DNA from: Synergistaceae bacterium UBA6083
Lineage (GTDB): Bacteria; Synergistota; Synergistia; Synergistales; 79-D21
NCBI GenBank assembly: GCA_002436015.1
Contig: DIXJ01000010.1
Coordinates: 45,860 to 109,859 of the forward strand
Direction: 5' to 3'
DNA length: 64,000 nt
The notes under the pieces were generated by a model. It saw only the letters and a list, made by a program, of their open reading frames with translations, searched no databases and was not told where the DNA came from. Shown one piece after another: positions 55,757 through 64,000 of the stretch (position 1 is the stretch's first letter; each line of letters starts with the position of its first letter). Both the position numbers and the translations under genes were made by a program.

Positions 55757-57907
55757 TTACGGGACCCGGACGACTGTCGTGGTTCCGTCGTCCCAGGTTG
55801 CGGCCAGTTCGTAGCGAGACGCCGGAAGCTGCAGGGTTCCGTTGTTCTCCACGAAGAGTTGGAGGTTCCGGTTCGGCGGGACCGGGAAGGAAACGGACCC
55901 GTCGGGCTTGTTCAGGAGCTTGGCGCCTGGAACCCGGACAGCCATCGTCCACCGGCCGTTTGAAGGGATCGTGTCCCAGATCCCCCTTACACCGATGTTC
56001 CTGAGGGAAAGAGACTTGATCGTTCCCCTGCCCCTGATCTTCAGCGTGAAAACCCAATCTCCCTTTCCGTTTTTCAAAAGCCGGTCATAGGGCCCGACGA
56101 AGTCGCTCGAGGCTTGCCACGGCTTCGACAATTCCAACTCGCGCTTTTCGATCAACGGGAGCGCGCCGGGGGCAGGAAGGACACCGATTTCCTTTTCGAG
56201 CAGCTGCCCGTCGCTGAAGGCGAGTGAAACTCGCCATTTCGACGCCGGTTCGGCCAGGGTATTGTTGTCCTCGACCCAGAGCTGCAATGCCGTGGTCCCT
56301 TCCACGGGAACCTTGACGGACCCGTTGGGTGCGTTCAGGACCCCCCCTCCGGGCCGGGTCACGGCCAGGAGCCAGCGGTTGTTGTTGGGGATCGTGTCCC
56401 ATTCCCCGCCCTTGGTGAGGTTGACCAGCCGGACAGCCGTCAGGGTTCCCGCTTTCGTGAACTTGATATCGAAGCGGTAATCCCGGTTCAGGTTGCCCGC
56501 GAGCTTTTCGTTAGGCCCGACGTAGTCGTAGCTGCCCGTGCCCGCCAGTGAGGCTTCCAGGAAGTTTCCGTCCCCCGTTGCAACCGGGGCGCTGTAAGGC
56601 TTGATGTCCTCTTCGAGGATCCTGCCGTCATCGTAAACCAGCGTGAGCTTTGAGCGCGTTTCAGACCGGCCCAGCGAATCGTTGTTCTCGAGCCAAAGGA
56701 TGAACGCCATGGGTTCCGATATGGGGATGTTGATCGCACCGTCGGCGCGGTTGAGGATTTCTCCGTTCGTCCGCGTTACGGCCAGGAGCCACTTGCCGTT
56801 TCCGGGCAGGGTGTCCCATTCCCCGGAGGGGCCCTTCACGTTGGTGACCTTCATCCCGATCACGGTTCCGGGGGAATCCGACTTCACGTCGATGCGCCAG
56901 TCGGGTTTTCCGTTGCCGGCCCGTTTCTCGCTGCCGCCGACAAGGTCGCGGTTCCCCTCCCCCATCATCGTCGCCTGCAGGCGCTCCGACTGGGTCACCT
57001 GGGGTTCTGCAGCCTGTGCGGCGATGGTTCCGCGCAGCCGCTTGCCGTCGGCAAAACGCAAAATTACCTCGAAGCGTGTTTTCCCTTCGGCGATGGAACC
57101 GTCATCCGACATCCAGAGGTCAAGGGCCGACCTCCCGGAAAGCGGGATCTCGACGCTGCCGTCATTCCTGTTCAGGGTGTTCCTGCCCCGTACGACGGCG
57201 AGTGCCCACCGACCGTTGCCTGGAATCGTGTCCCACGCCGTAGTTGGCCTGCCTTCGACGAGGTTGCGCACCTCGATTTCCGTCAGCGTGCCTTCCCCCT
57301 CCAGTTCAAGGCGTATGCGCTCGTCGGGACGCCCGTCGCCCGTGAGTGTTTCGTTCCGCCCCGCGAGGTCCCGGTTTGTCTTTTCCAGCCAGCCGACCGA
57401 GACGATTCTCGCCGTGGTGGCTGTGATGGACGGCGGGATCGTGATGGTGGAACTGGCCTCGGAGTTGTCCAGGAACCGCGCCGTGAGGGTGAACTTGCCC
57501 CCCCGGGCGATCGCGCCGTTATCCGCCACGGCAAACTCCACGCCCAGCCCGAGCAGGAACGGAACCATGGGCAGCCTGCCGTTGGCTTCGGTCAGCAGGT
57601 TCCCGGAGTTGTCCCTGACCCGCATTCCCCAGCTGGAATTGCCCGGGGTCGTGTCCCAGGTACCGTTGCCGTCCACTGCTCTCAGTATGAGTCCCGCAAG
57701 GGCGCCGGCACCGCTGATCGATGCCGAGAACCGGGCATCCGGCTTGCCGTCGGGGGTGCTGCTTTCCCCTTGCCCGACAACGTCATCCGGACCGAATCCG
57801 TTGAAGGTGAAACCCGCCACTTCGCCCATGGCCGCGAAAGCCCCCGTTGCAATCAACAGGAGCATCGCGACCGAAGTTGCCAATGACCTGAAAGCCTTTC
57901 TTCGCAT
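55757..57907 (-). CDS. Secreted protein with five tandem ~135-aa repeats of unknown family
   Basis: Signal peptide ending GAFA; five WDT(I/T/L)PxNxxW motifs. Confidence 0.85.
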   Translation of the reverse strand: MRRKAFRSLATSVAMLLLIATGAFAAMGEVAGFTFNGFGPDDVVGQGESSTPDGKPDARFSASISGAGALAGLILRAVDGNGTWDTTPGNSSWGMRVRDNSGNLLTEANGRLPMVPFLLGLGVEFAVADNGAIARGGKFTLTARFLDNSEASSTITIPPSITATTARIVSVGWLEKTNRDLAGRNETLTGDGRPDERIRLELEGEGTLTEIEVRNLVEGRPTTAWDTIPGNGRWALAVVRGRNTLNRNDGSVEIPLSGRSALDLWMSDDGSIAEGKTRFEVILRFADGKRLRGTIAAQAAEPQVTQSERLQATMMGEGNRDLVGGSEKRAGNGKPDWRIDVKSDSPGTVIGMKVTNVKGPSGEWDTLPGNGKWLLAVTRTNGEILNRADGAINIPISEPMAFILWLENNDSLGRSETRSKLTLVYDDGRILEEDIKPYSAPVATGDGNFLEASLAGTGSYDYVGPNEKLAGNLNRDYRFDIKFTKAGTLTAVRLVNLTKGGEWDTIPNNNRWLLAVTRPGGGVLNAPNGSVKVPVEGTTALQLWVEDNNTLAEPASKWRVSLAFSDGQLLEKEIGVLPAPGALPLIEKRELELSKPWQASSDFVGPYDRLLKNGKGDWVFTLKIRGRGTIKSLSLRNIGVRGIWDTIPSNGRWTMAVRVPGAKLLNKPDGSVSFPVPPNRNLQLFVENNGTLQLPASRYELAATWDDGTTTVVRVP

Positions 57908-58073
57908 GTTTACCCCTCCCTCGGGGACGTACCCCTGATGGTGTTTATGTTATATGAATATTTTAGCACAGGGCCTTATGCCCATCATGGACTGGGGAAA
58001 GAAACCCGGTTGCCAGCCCCTTCCCGCAACGGTTTCAAAATGTTACCATCTCTTTAAACGGGGGTGGCATCCA

Positions 58074-58874
58074 GTGACGAAGGTCATGCTCTGCGGACGA
58101 GGCGGAAGCGGAAAGAGCACGGTGACGGCCATGATGGCCCGTTACCTGGCTGCCAACGGGCAAAAGGTTTTGGTGATGGACGCCGATACGAGCAGCCGGG
58201 CCCTTGCGGGACTGGTTGGGCTTCGCCGGCCCGAGCGCAGCCTGGCCGACGAACTGGGGGGGCCCGAGGCATTGACGAGAAAGCTCGGTGCCTACCTTGC
58301 CCCCTGCGGTGAGCGGGAGTGCCGGATCCATGTCGACGAACTTCCTGCGGCCTGTACAAGCCGGCGCGATTGCCTGGCCCTCCTGGAAGTGGGGAAAGCC
58401 TGGCCGGGCGGCGACGATGCAGGCCACATCCTCGACGAACTGGGCCGGACCGTCCTGAGTCGCCTGGATGACCGCAACTGGTGGGTCCTGGTGGACAACG
58501 AGGCCGGCATGGATCGCTACGGGTCCTGCCACCGATGCACGGACGCCTTCCTTTTCGTCTCCGACGGGTCCTTGGAATCACTGGAATCCGCGGCGTTTGC
58601 CACCCGCCTTTTCCTGGAGGTCGAAAAACCCCTTTTGACCCTGCTGAACCGGGTCGATCCCGGTTCGGCAGACGAGATTGGCCTGCGGGCAAGGCGCCTG
58701 GGGGTGTCTATTGATGGCGTCATCCCTCCGGAGTCTTGCGTGCTGGAGGCCGTTGCCGAGGGTCGCCCCGTTCCGCTGAAGGGAGAGGCCGCCACGGCGA
58801 TCGGTCACGTCCTGTCACGCCTGGAGTCGGTCCTGAACCCGTCCGGGAGAGCGCAGCTCCGCCGCCGGTTTTAG
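58074..58874 (+). CDS. CooC/MinD-ParA-family ATPase (divergent)
   Basis: GRGGSGKST, VLVMDAD, VDNEAG, LNRV. Confidence 0.75.
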   Translation: MTKVMLCGRGGSGKSTVTAMMARYLAANGQKVLVMDADTSSRALAGLVGLRRPERSLADELGGPEALTRKLGAYLAPCGERECRIHVDELPAACTSRRDCLALLEVGKAWPGGDDAGHILDELGRTVLSRLDDRNWWVLVDNEAGMDRYGSCHRCTDAFLFVSDGSLESLESAAFATRLFLEVEKPLLTLLNRVDPGSADEIGLRARRLGVSIDGVIPPESCVLEAVAEGRPVPLKGEAATAIGHVLSRLESVLNPSGRAQLRRRF

Positions 58875-58882
58875 GAAAGCCG

Positions 58883-58911
58883 TTGACACCCCTTGCCCTT
58901 GGGGGTATAAG
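58883..58911 (+). promoter_or_regulatory. Sigma70 promoter for the TPP riboswitch-thiT transcript
   Basis: TTGACA-17bp-TATAAG. Confidence 0.75.
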
Positions 58912-58920
58912 TCTGCTTGG

Positions 58921-59008
58921 CATCGGGGGAGTCGGAAAACCGGCTGAGAGGAGGCGAAGGCCTCGACCCCTGGAACCTGATCCGGGTCATACCGGCGAAG
59001 GAAAGATG
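58921..59008 (+). ncRNA. TPP riboswitch
   Basis: GGGGAG..CTGAGA..GACCC..GAACCTGATCCGGGTCATACCGGCGAAGGAA; P1 CATC/GATG; upstream of thiT. Confidence 0.95.
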
Positions 59009-59141
59009 CGAGCCATTCCATAAGCCGCGTTTCCCTTCAGGTCCTCCCCGTACGGTTTCCCTTTCCCCAGGTGCCCAATTGCTGTCCATGCCGGTTGTGA
59101 ATGCATCCCGGCCTGGGGCAGATTCCTGGGGGAATGGAGTC

Positions 59142-59657
59142 ATGAAGCCCAATGTGAAGATCATGGTGGAAGGTGCGCTGGCAGCGGCCATGACGGTCGC
59201 GCTTTCCTACGTCAAGCTGTGGGAGATGCCGCAGGGTGGCTCGATCACGCTGGAAGCGATCCCGCTTCTTGTCTTTTCCCTGAGACGGGGCGTGCGCCCG
59301 GGAATCGGCGCCGGTGCGATTGCGGGCCTCCTCCAGCTCCTGCTGGGCGGGTATATCGTCCACCCGGTCCAGGCGGTGCTGGATTATCCCCTGGCCTTCG
59401 CGGTCCTTGGCCTTGCGGGAACTTTCAGGAAGCCGCCCTGGGTGGGAACGGTTCTCGGCAGTCTTGCGAGGTTTGCCTGCCACGTGGCATCAGGAGCGGT
59501 CTTCTTCGGGAGCTATGCCCCCGAGGGAACGAACGTCTGGGCTTATTCCCTGGCCTATAACGGAAGCTATATGCTGCCGAACCTCGTCCTTGCGGTGGTG
59601 GTCGTGTCAATCCTCTGGCCGAGGCTGTCCCGGGTTTCCCAGCCGGGTCCAGGATAA
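59142..59657 (+). CDS. thiT: Energy-coupled thiamine transporter S component
   Basis: MPQGGSI, HPVQAVLDYPLAF, HVASGAVFFGSYAP, YSLAYNGSY. Confidence 0.92.
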   Translation: MKPNVKIMVEGALAAAMTVALSYVKLWEMPQGGSITLEAIPLLVFSLRRGVRPGIGAGAIAGLLQLLLGGYIVHPVQAVLDYPLAFAVLGLAGTFRKPPWVGTVLGSLARFACHVASGAVFFGSYAPEGTNVWAYSLAYNGSYMLPNLVLAVVVVSILWPRLSRVSQPGPG

Positions 59658-59659
59658 AG

Positions 59660-59698
59660 AGAAAGCCCGAACGCTGCGGCGTTCGGGCTTTCTTGTTT
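59660..59698. terminator. Bidirectional terminator
   Basis: AGAAAGCCCGAACGC-TGCG-GCGTTCGGGCTTTCT. Confidence 0.82.
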
Positions 59699-59730
59699 TC
59701 CGGAAACGGTACCGTTCCTCAAGGGAGGGG

Positions 59731-60474
59731 TCAGGCTTCGCTTTCGACCTCTTCGTTCAGCTCGGCAGGGTCGAGGGCTAGCCAGCGCCTCCAGTCGAAA
59801 CGGAAAAAGCCGCTCGTGATGTAGATGGCCATCAACGCAAGGGTTGCCTTGCCCTGCAGCGCGACGATGAGGGCGACGGTGAGGGCGAACATGAAGGCCA
59901 CCTTCAGCCGATTGACGTTCCCGCTCCTGAGACGCTTGAGGTTCCCGTAGGGGATGCTCGAGACCATCAGGAGGCCGGAACCCACTGCCAGCAAGCTGGC
60001 AAGGGCCGGCGGCATGGAGAGGCCGCCCATGACCATCGAGGCCAGGAACAGTCCCCCGGCGGGGATGGGAAGGCCCTGGAAGGGGCCGGGAACATGGCAG
60101 ACGTTGAAGCGCGCCAGGCGCAGGGCGCCGCAAAGGCCGAAAAAGGCTGCCGCGAGGGCGCCGACTATTCCAAGCCAGCCCCAGAGGAAAACCGCGTAGA
60201 AGAGAAGGGCCGGGGCGGCCCCAAAACTGACGACGTCGGCAAGGCTGTCCAGCTCGACGCCGAATTCCGTGCTGCCACCGAGGCTCCGAGCCATCTTGCC
60301 GTCCATGGTGTCGAAGAAGACGGCGGCCATGATCAGCCATGCCGCGGGCTGGTAGTGACCCTGAAGTGTGAGGATCATCGAGAGGATCCCGCTGAGGATG
60401 TTGCCGCTCGTGATCATGTTCGGGATGATCTTGCGGAAAGGCAGGGAGCGTGCTCTACGAGGAATACGCTTCAT
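59731..60474 (-). CDS. pssA: CDP-diacylglycerol--serine O-phosphatidyltransferase
   Basis: PNMIT, DTMDGKMAR..G.ELDSLADVVSFG, RLARFN, FQGLPIP. Confidence 0.92.
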   Translation of the reverse strand: MKRIPRRARSLPFRKIIPNMITSGNILSGILSMILTLQGHYQPAAWLIMAAVFFDTMDGKMARSLGGSTEFGVELDSLADVVSFGAAPALLFYAVFLWGWLGIVGALAAAFFGLCGALRLARFNVCHVPGPFQGLPIPAGGLFLASMVMGGLSMPPALASLLAVGSGLLMVSSIPYGNLKRLRSGNVNRLKVAFMFALTVALIVALQGKATLALMAIYITSGFFRFDWRRWLALDPAELNEEVESEA

Positions 60475-61090
60475 CAAAGTGGCCTCCTATCGGCGTTTCG
60501 CCTGCCCGAACCCGGTCGCCGACGCTGACGAGGGGCCTGACTGACGCGGGGAGATATACTTCCACCTTTGAACCAAGCTTGATCATGCCATACCTCTGGC
60601 CCCTTGTCAAAACGTCGCCTCTTTTGACCCTCGAGGCGATGCGCCTTGCAAGCAGGCCGGCGATTTGCACGAGAAGCGTCTTTCCCCGGGCGGTTTCCAT
60701 CCCGACGTAAAAACGCTCGTTCTCCATGGAAGCCTTGGGGTGATAGGCCGCCAGGCGCTTGCCGGGGACGTAGTCCAGGAACTCGATGGTGCCGCCTGCC
60801 GGGGATCGGTTGACATGGACGTCGAGCGGGGACATGAAGATCCCGATGCAGAGGGCAGGTCCCGTGAAGGGGTGTTCCGCCGGGCCGATCTCCATGACCC
60901 GCCCGTCAGCCGGGCTGACCCAGAGGCTTTCGTCTTCCGGCGGCATCCTGTCCGGGTCCCTGTAGAACCAGAGCAGCAGCAAGAGCACGGCAAGGAAAAA
61001 CAATCCCAGGGGAAGTGCGATAAGCACTCCCCCTGCGGCCATGAAAGCGCAGGCCGCGATGGCGGTCAATCCGTCCCGGGCCAGCTTCAC
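60455..61090 (-). CDS. psd: Phosphatidylserine decarboxylase
   Basis: YRDPDR, SPADG, IFMSPLDVHVNRSP, QIAGLLARRI, GMIKLGS. Confidence 0.92.
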   Translation of the reverse strand: MKLARDGLTAIAACAFMAAGGVLIALPLGLFFLAVLLLLLWFYRDPDRMPPEDESLWVSPADGRVMEIGPAEHPFTGPALCIGIFMSPLDVHVNRSPAGGTIEFLDYVPGKRLAAYHPKASMENERFYVGMETARGKTLLVQIAGLLARRIASRVKRGDVLTRGQRYGMIKLGSKVEVYLPASVRPLVSVGDRVRAGETPIGGHFDEAYSS

Positions 61091-61095
61091 TGTCC

Positions 61096-63576
61096 CTAGA
61101 CCTCCACGTCGCAGGCGGTTTCGACCACGACGCTGACATCGGAAACGCTGTCCCCGTCGTCGAGACGGACCAGGATCGACCCGGTTGCGATTCGGCTCAG
61201 GAGGGGAATCCCCGATGCGCTTTGCCGCACCATCCGGCCGCGGCTCGAGATGACCACGACCTCATCCTCGGGAAGCACGCCCCAGGATCCGACGAGTTCT
61301 CCCGTCCGGTCGCCCAGGCGCATCGCCCGGACGCCGCCGCCGCCCCTGTGATGCACGGGGAAGTCCTCGAAGGGGGTTCGCTTGCCCACGCCCCGTTCGC
61401 TGATGAAAAGGATGTCAAGCCCCTCCTGCAGCACGTCACAGCCCACAACACGATCGGCATGGGGGAGGCGAATCCCGCGGACGCCCATGGCCAGGCGTCC
61501 CTGCGGCCTGAATTCCTCTTCCCTGACCCGCAGGGCCTGCCCCCGGGCCGTGGTCAGCAGCAGTTCATTGTCTCCACGGGTGAACCGGACCCGGGCGATC
61601 GTATCGCCTTCCGAAAGGCCGAGGACGCGCCGCCCTGCCCTCGTGAGGTTTTGCAGCTCGGAGACGGGAAGGCGCTTGGCGAGGCCGCGTTCGGTGACGA
61701 AGATGACGTATGCGGCTCCGCGCAGGCTGGAATCCTTCAGGGCGACGATTCGTTCGTTCTCCTCCAGGGAGACAAGGTCGCGGATCGGCTTGCCCTTGCC
61801 GCTCTTGGGCTCGGGGACGGAGAGTCCCTTCAGGGCAAAGACCCGTCCGCGGGATGTAAATAGGAAGAGTTCTCGATGGGTCGTCGTGCAGGTCATGATC
61901 GCGATTTCGTCTTCGCCCCGCAGGACGGCGCCTTTCACTCCCTTGCCGCCCCTTGACTGCGTGTGGAAGTCCTGGAGGGGGGAGCGGCGGACGTACCCGT
62001 CGCGCGATAGGACGATGACGATGTCCGATTCGGGGATGAGCTCTTCCACGGAGACATCTTCGGCGGCCGACGAAATTTCCGTCTTGCGTGGCGTGGCGAA
62101 CCTTCTCTTGACCTCTGCCAATTCCTCCCGCACGACGGCGTCGAGGACGGCTGGGTTGGCGAGGATGGTCCGGTAGCGCTCGATATCGGCCAAAAGGACA
62201 GCCAGTTCTTCTTCCAGCTTATGTCGCTCCAGCCCGGTGAGGCGCTGCAGGCGCATTTCCAGGATGGCCTGGGCTTGTGCCTCGCTGAAGCCGAGTTCCT
62301 CCACCAGGCCGGCCTTCGCGGCCGCGGCATCCTTCGAGGCCCGGATGAGGGCGATGACGGCTTCGATCATGTCCAGGGCCCGCACGAGGCCCTCCACGAT
62401 GTGGGCCCTCTCCTCCGCTTTCCGAAGGCGGTAGGCGGTCCTGCGGCGGATGACGGACCGGCGGTGGTCCAGGTAGACCCACAGCATTTCCAGCAGGGGG
62501 AGTTCCCTGGGGCGGCCGTCCACGAGGGCCAGGTTGATCACGCCGAAGGTGCTCTGGAGGCTGGTTCGGCTGAACAGCTGCTTGAGCGACACGTCTGGGT
62601 TCGCGTCCCGGTGAAGCTCAAGGACGACCCTCATCCCGCGGCGGTCGGACTCGTCCCGTATATCGGTGATGCCGTCCAGGTGGCCCGACTTGACGCCATC
62701 GGCTATGGCTTCCAGGAGGGCGGTTTTGTTGACCATGTAGGGGATCTCCGAGATGATGATCGCTTTTTTCCCCCGCTTCCCGTCGTCGACCGAAGTCCTT
62801 CCCCGGACGATGACCTTGCCCCTGCCCGTGCGGTAGGCCTCCACGATGCCGTCCCGTCCCATGATGATGCCCCCCGTGGGGAAGTCGGGGCCCGGGACCA
62901 GCGAAATGAGATCGCTCAAGTCCGATTCGGGATTGTCCAGCAGCGCGCAGAGGGCGTCCACGATCTCGCCCAGGTTGTGCGGAGGGATGTTCGTGGCCAT
63001 GCCGACCGCGATGCCTGAGCTCCCGTTGACCAGGAGGTTGGGCAGGCGTGCCGGGAGGACCATGGGTTCTTCCAGGGATTCGTCGAAGTTCGGCTGCCAG
63101 TCGACGGTGTCCTCGTCGATGTCGGCCAGGATTTCCTCGCCCAGGAGGCTCAGCCTTGCTTCCGTGTAACGCATGGCCGCCGGGGGATCGCCGTCGATGG
63201 AGCCGAAGTTCCCCTGTCCGTCCACGAGGGGGGCCCTCATGTTGAAATCCTGGGCCATCCGGGCCATGGTGTCGTAAATCGAGGAATCGCCGTGGGGGTG
63301 GTATTTGCCCATCGTCTCGCCGACGACCCGGGCCGACTTCTTGTAGGACTGGCTGTGCGACAGACCCAGTTCCCTCATGGCGTAAAGGACACGCCTCTGG
63401 ACCGGTTTCAGGCCGTCCCGGGCATCGGGCAGGGCCCGCCCGACGATGACGCTCATCGCGTAGTCGAGGTAGCTGTGCTTGATTTCGTCCTCCAGCGGTA
63501 GGGGAACGACTCGCCCCAGCCCGGGAGTGTTTTCCTTGTCCTTGCCTGCCTGGTCTTTTTCGTTGAATTCAGCCAT
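61096..63576 (-). CDS. gyrA: DNA gyrase subunit A
   Basis: [33 protein letters not shown], GyrA-box QSRGGKG. Confidence 0.95.
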   Translation of the reverse strand: MAEFNEKDQAGKDKENTPGLGRVVPLPLEDEIKHSYLDYAMSVIVGRALPDARDGLKPVQRRVLYAMRELGLSHSQSYKKSARVVGETMGKYHPHGDSSIYDTMARMAQDFNMRAPLVDGQGNFGSIDGDPPAAMRYTEARLSLLGEEILADIDEDTVDWQPNFDESLEEPMVLPARLPNLLVNGSSGIAVGMATNIPPHNLGEIVDALCALLDNPESDLSDLISLVPGPDFPTGGIIMGRDGIVEAYRTGRGKVIVRGRTSVDDGKRGKKAIIISEIPYMVNKTALLEAIADGVKSGHLDGITDIRDESDRRGMRVVLELHRDANPDVSLKQLFSRTSLQSTFGVINLALVDGRPRELPLLEMLWVYLDHRRSVIRRRTAYRLRKAEERAHIVEGLVRALDMIEAVIALIRASKDAAAAKAGLVEELGFSEAQAQAILEMRLQRLTGLERHKLEEELAVLLADIERYRTILANPAVLDAVVREELAEVKRRFATPRKTEISSAAEDVSVEELIPESDIVIVLSRDGYVRRSPLQDFHTQSRGGKGVKGAVLRGEDEIAIMTCTTTHRELFLFTSRGRVFALKGLSVPEPKSGKGKPIRDLVSLEENERIVALKDSSLRGAAYVIFVTERGLAKRLPVSELQNLTRAGRRVLGLSEGDTIARVRFTRGDNELLLTTARGQALRVREEEFRPQGRLAMGVRGIRLPHADRVVGCDVLQEGLDILFISERGVGKRTPFEDFPVHHRGGGGVRAMRLGDRTGELVGSWGVLPEDEVVVISSRGRMVRQSASGIPLLSRIATGSILVRLDDGDSVSDVSVVVETACDVEV

Positions 63577-63686
63577 GCTTGGGAACCTCCATCCGGCGGG
63601 AAAACCACCTGTTTCACGAACCGGGCGCGGCTAGATGGCCGCCGCGCCCGCAACCTACCTATTTTAACACAGAGTGCCGCAAGGGC

Positions 63687-64000
63687 TCACCAGCGGTTCA
63701 GGTGCAGGGACCCGGGGTCGATCCCCTCGTGAGGCGGCTTGACCTCGTCCGGGTAGCCGATGGCCGCGATGCCCAGCACGGCGATGCCCTGCGGGATGCC
63801 CAGGATATGGCGGACCGCCTGTTCCCTCTCGGGGGTATGGCGAACGCCGAGCCAGACGCTGCCCAGTCCCAGGGCGTGGGCCGCGAGCTGGAGGTTTTCC
63901 ATGGCGGCGGAGCAGTCCTCTTCCCAGTAGAGGCGCGAAAAGTCGTTCTTTTCGGGATCGCCGCAGACGACCACGGCCAGCGGGGCCTGGTAGAGCATCT
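63687..64000 (-). CDS. Nitroreductase family protein, C-terminal part (5' end outside window)
   Basis: DCSAAMENLQLAAHALGLGSVWLG, IAAIGYP. Confidence 0.88.
   Translation of the reverse strand, partial: MLYQAPLAVVVCGDPEKNDFSRLYWEEDCSAAMENLQLAAHALGLGSVWLGVRHTPEREQAVRHILGIPQGIAVLGIAAIGYPDEVKPPHEGIDPGSLHLNRW

Noticed and set aside
61096..63576. parC rather than gyrA
   Set aside because: The GyrA-box QSRGGKG is present in the C-terminal domain.

Overview
64-kb GC-rich chromosomal segment from an anaerobic bacterium. Synergistota is a guess from gene content only (por operon, ferredoxin, CooC-like ATPase, peptide ABC system). Housekeeping genes include a partial tex, porCDAB, mscL, a purine salvage pair, zur-znuACB, a tRNA nucleotidyltransferase, mutY, gpsA, carAB, a dpp/opp-type ABC system, queT, a TPP riboswitch with thiT, pssA-psd and gyrA. 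There are two surface-glycan loci. One (about 12.5-24 kb) is a low-GC, mosaic fucosylation island with gmd, fcl, a GT11 and a flippase, capped by a decayed IS30 end. Main unexplained signals: (1) a 43-bp non-palindromic dispersed repeat in 5 copies, always co-oriented with the neighbouring gene(s), giving two unrelated proteins the same C-terminus (LIRDRH*) and showing 13-bp-period duplications at two copies; (2) a stand-alone A-T-TE NRPS-like enzyme embedded in an SsuABC-type importer operon with its own PPTase; (3) a circularly permuted family-5 solute-binding protein; (4) a secreted protein built from five copies of an unrecognised ~135-aa domain; (5) a probable CC-adding enzyme. Product calls rest on motif recognition by eye; no searches were run.
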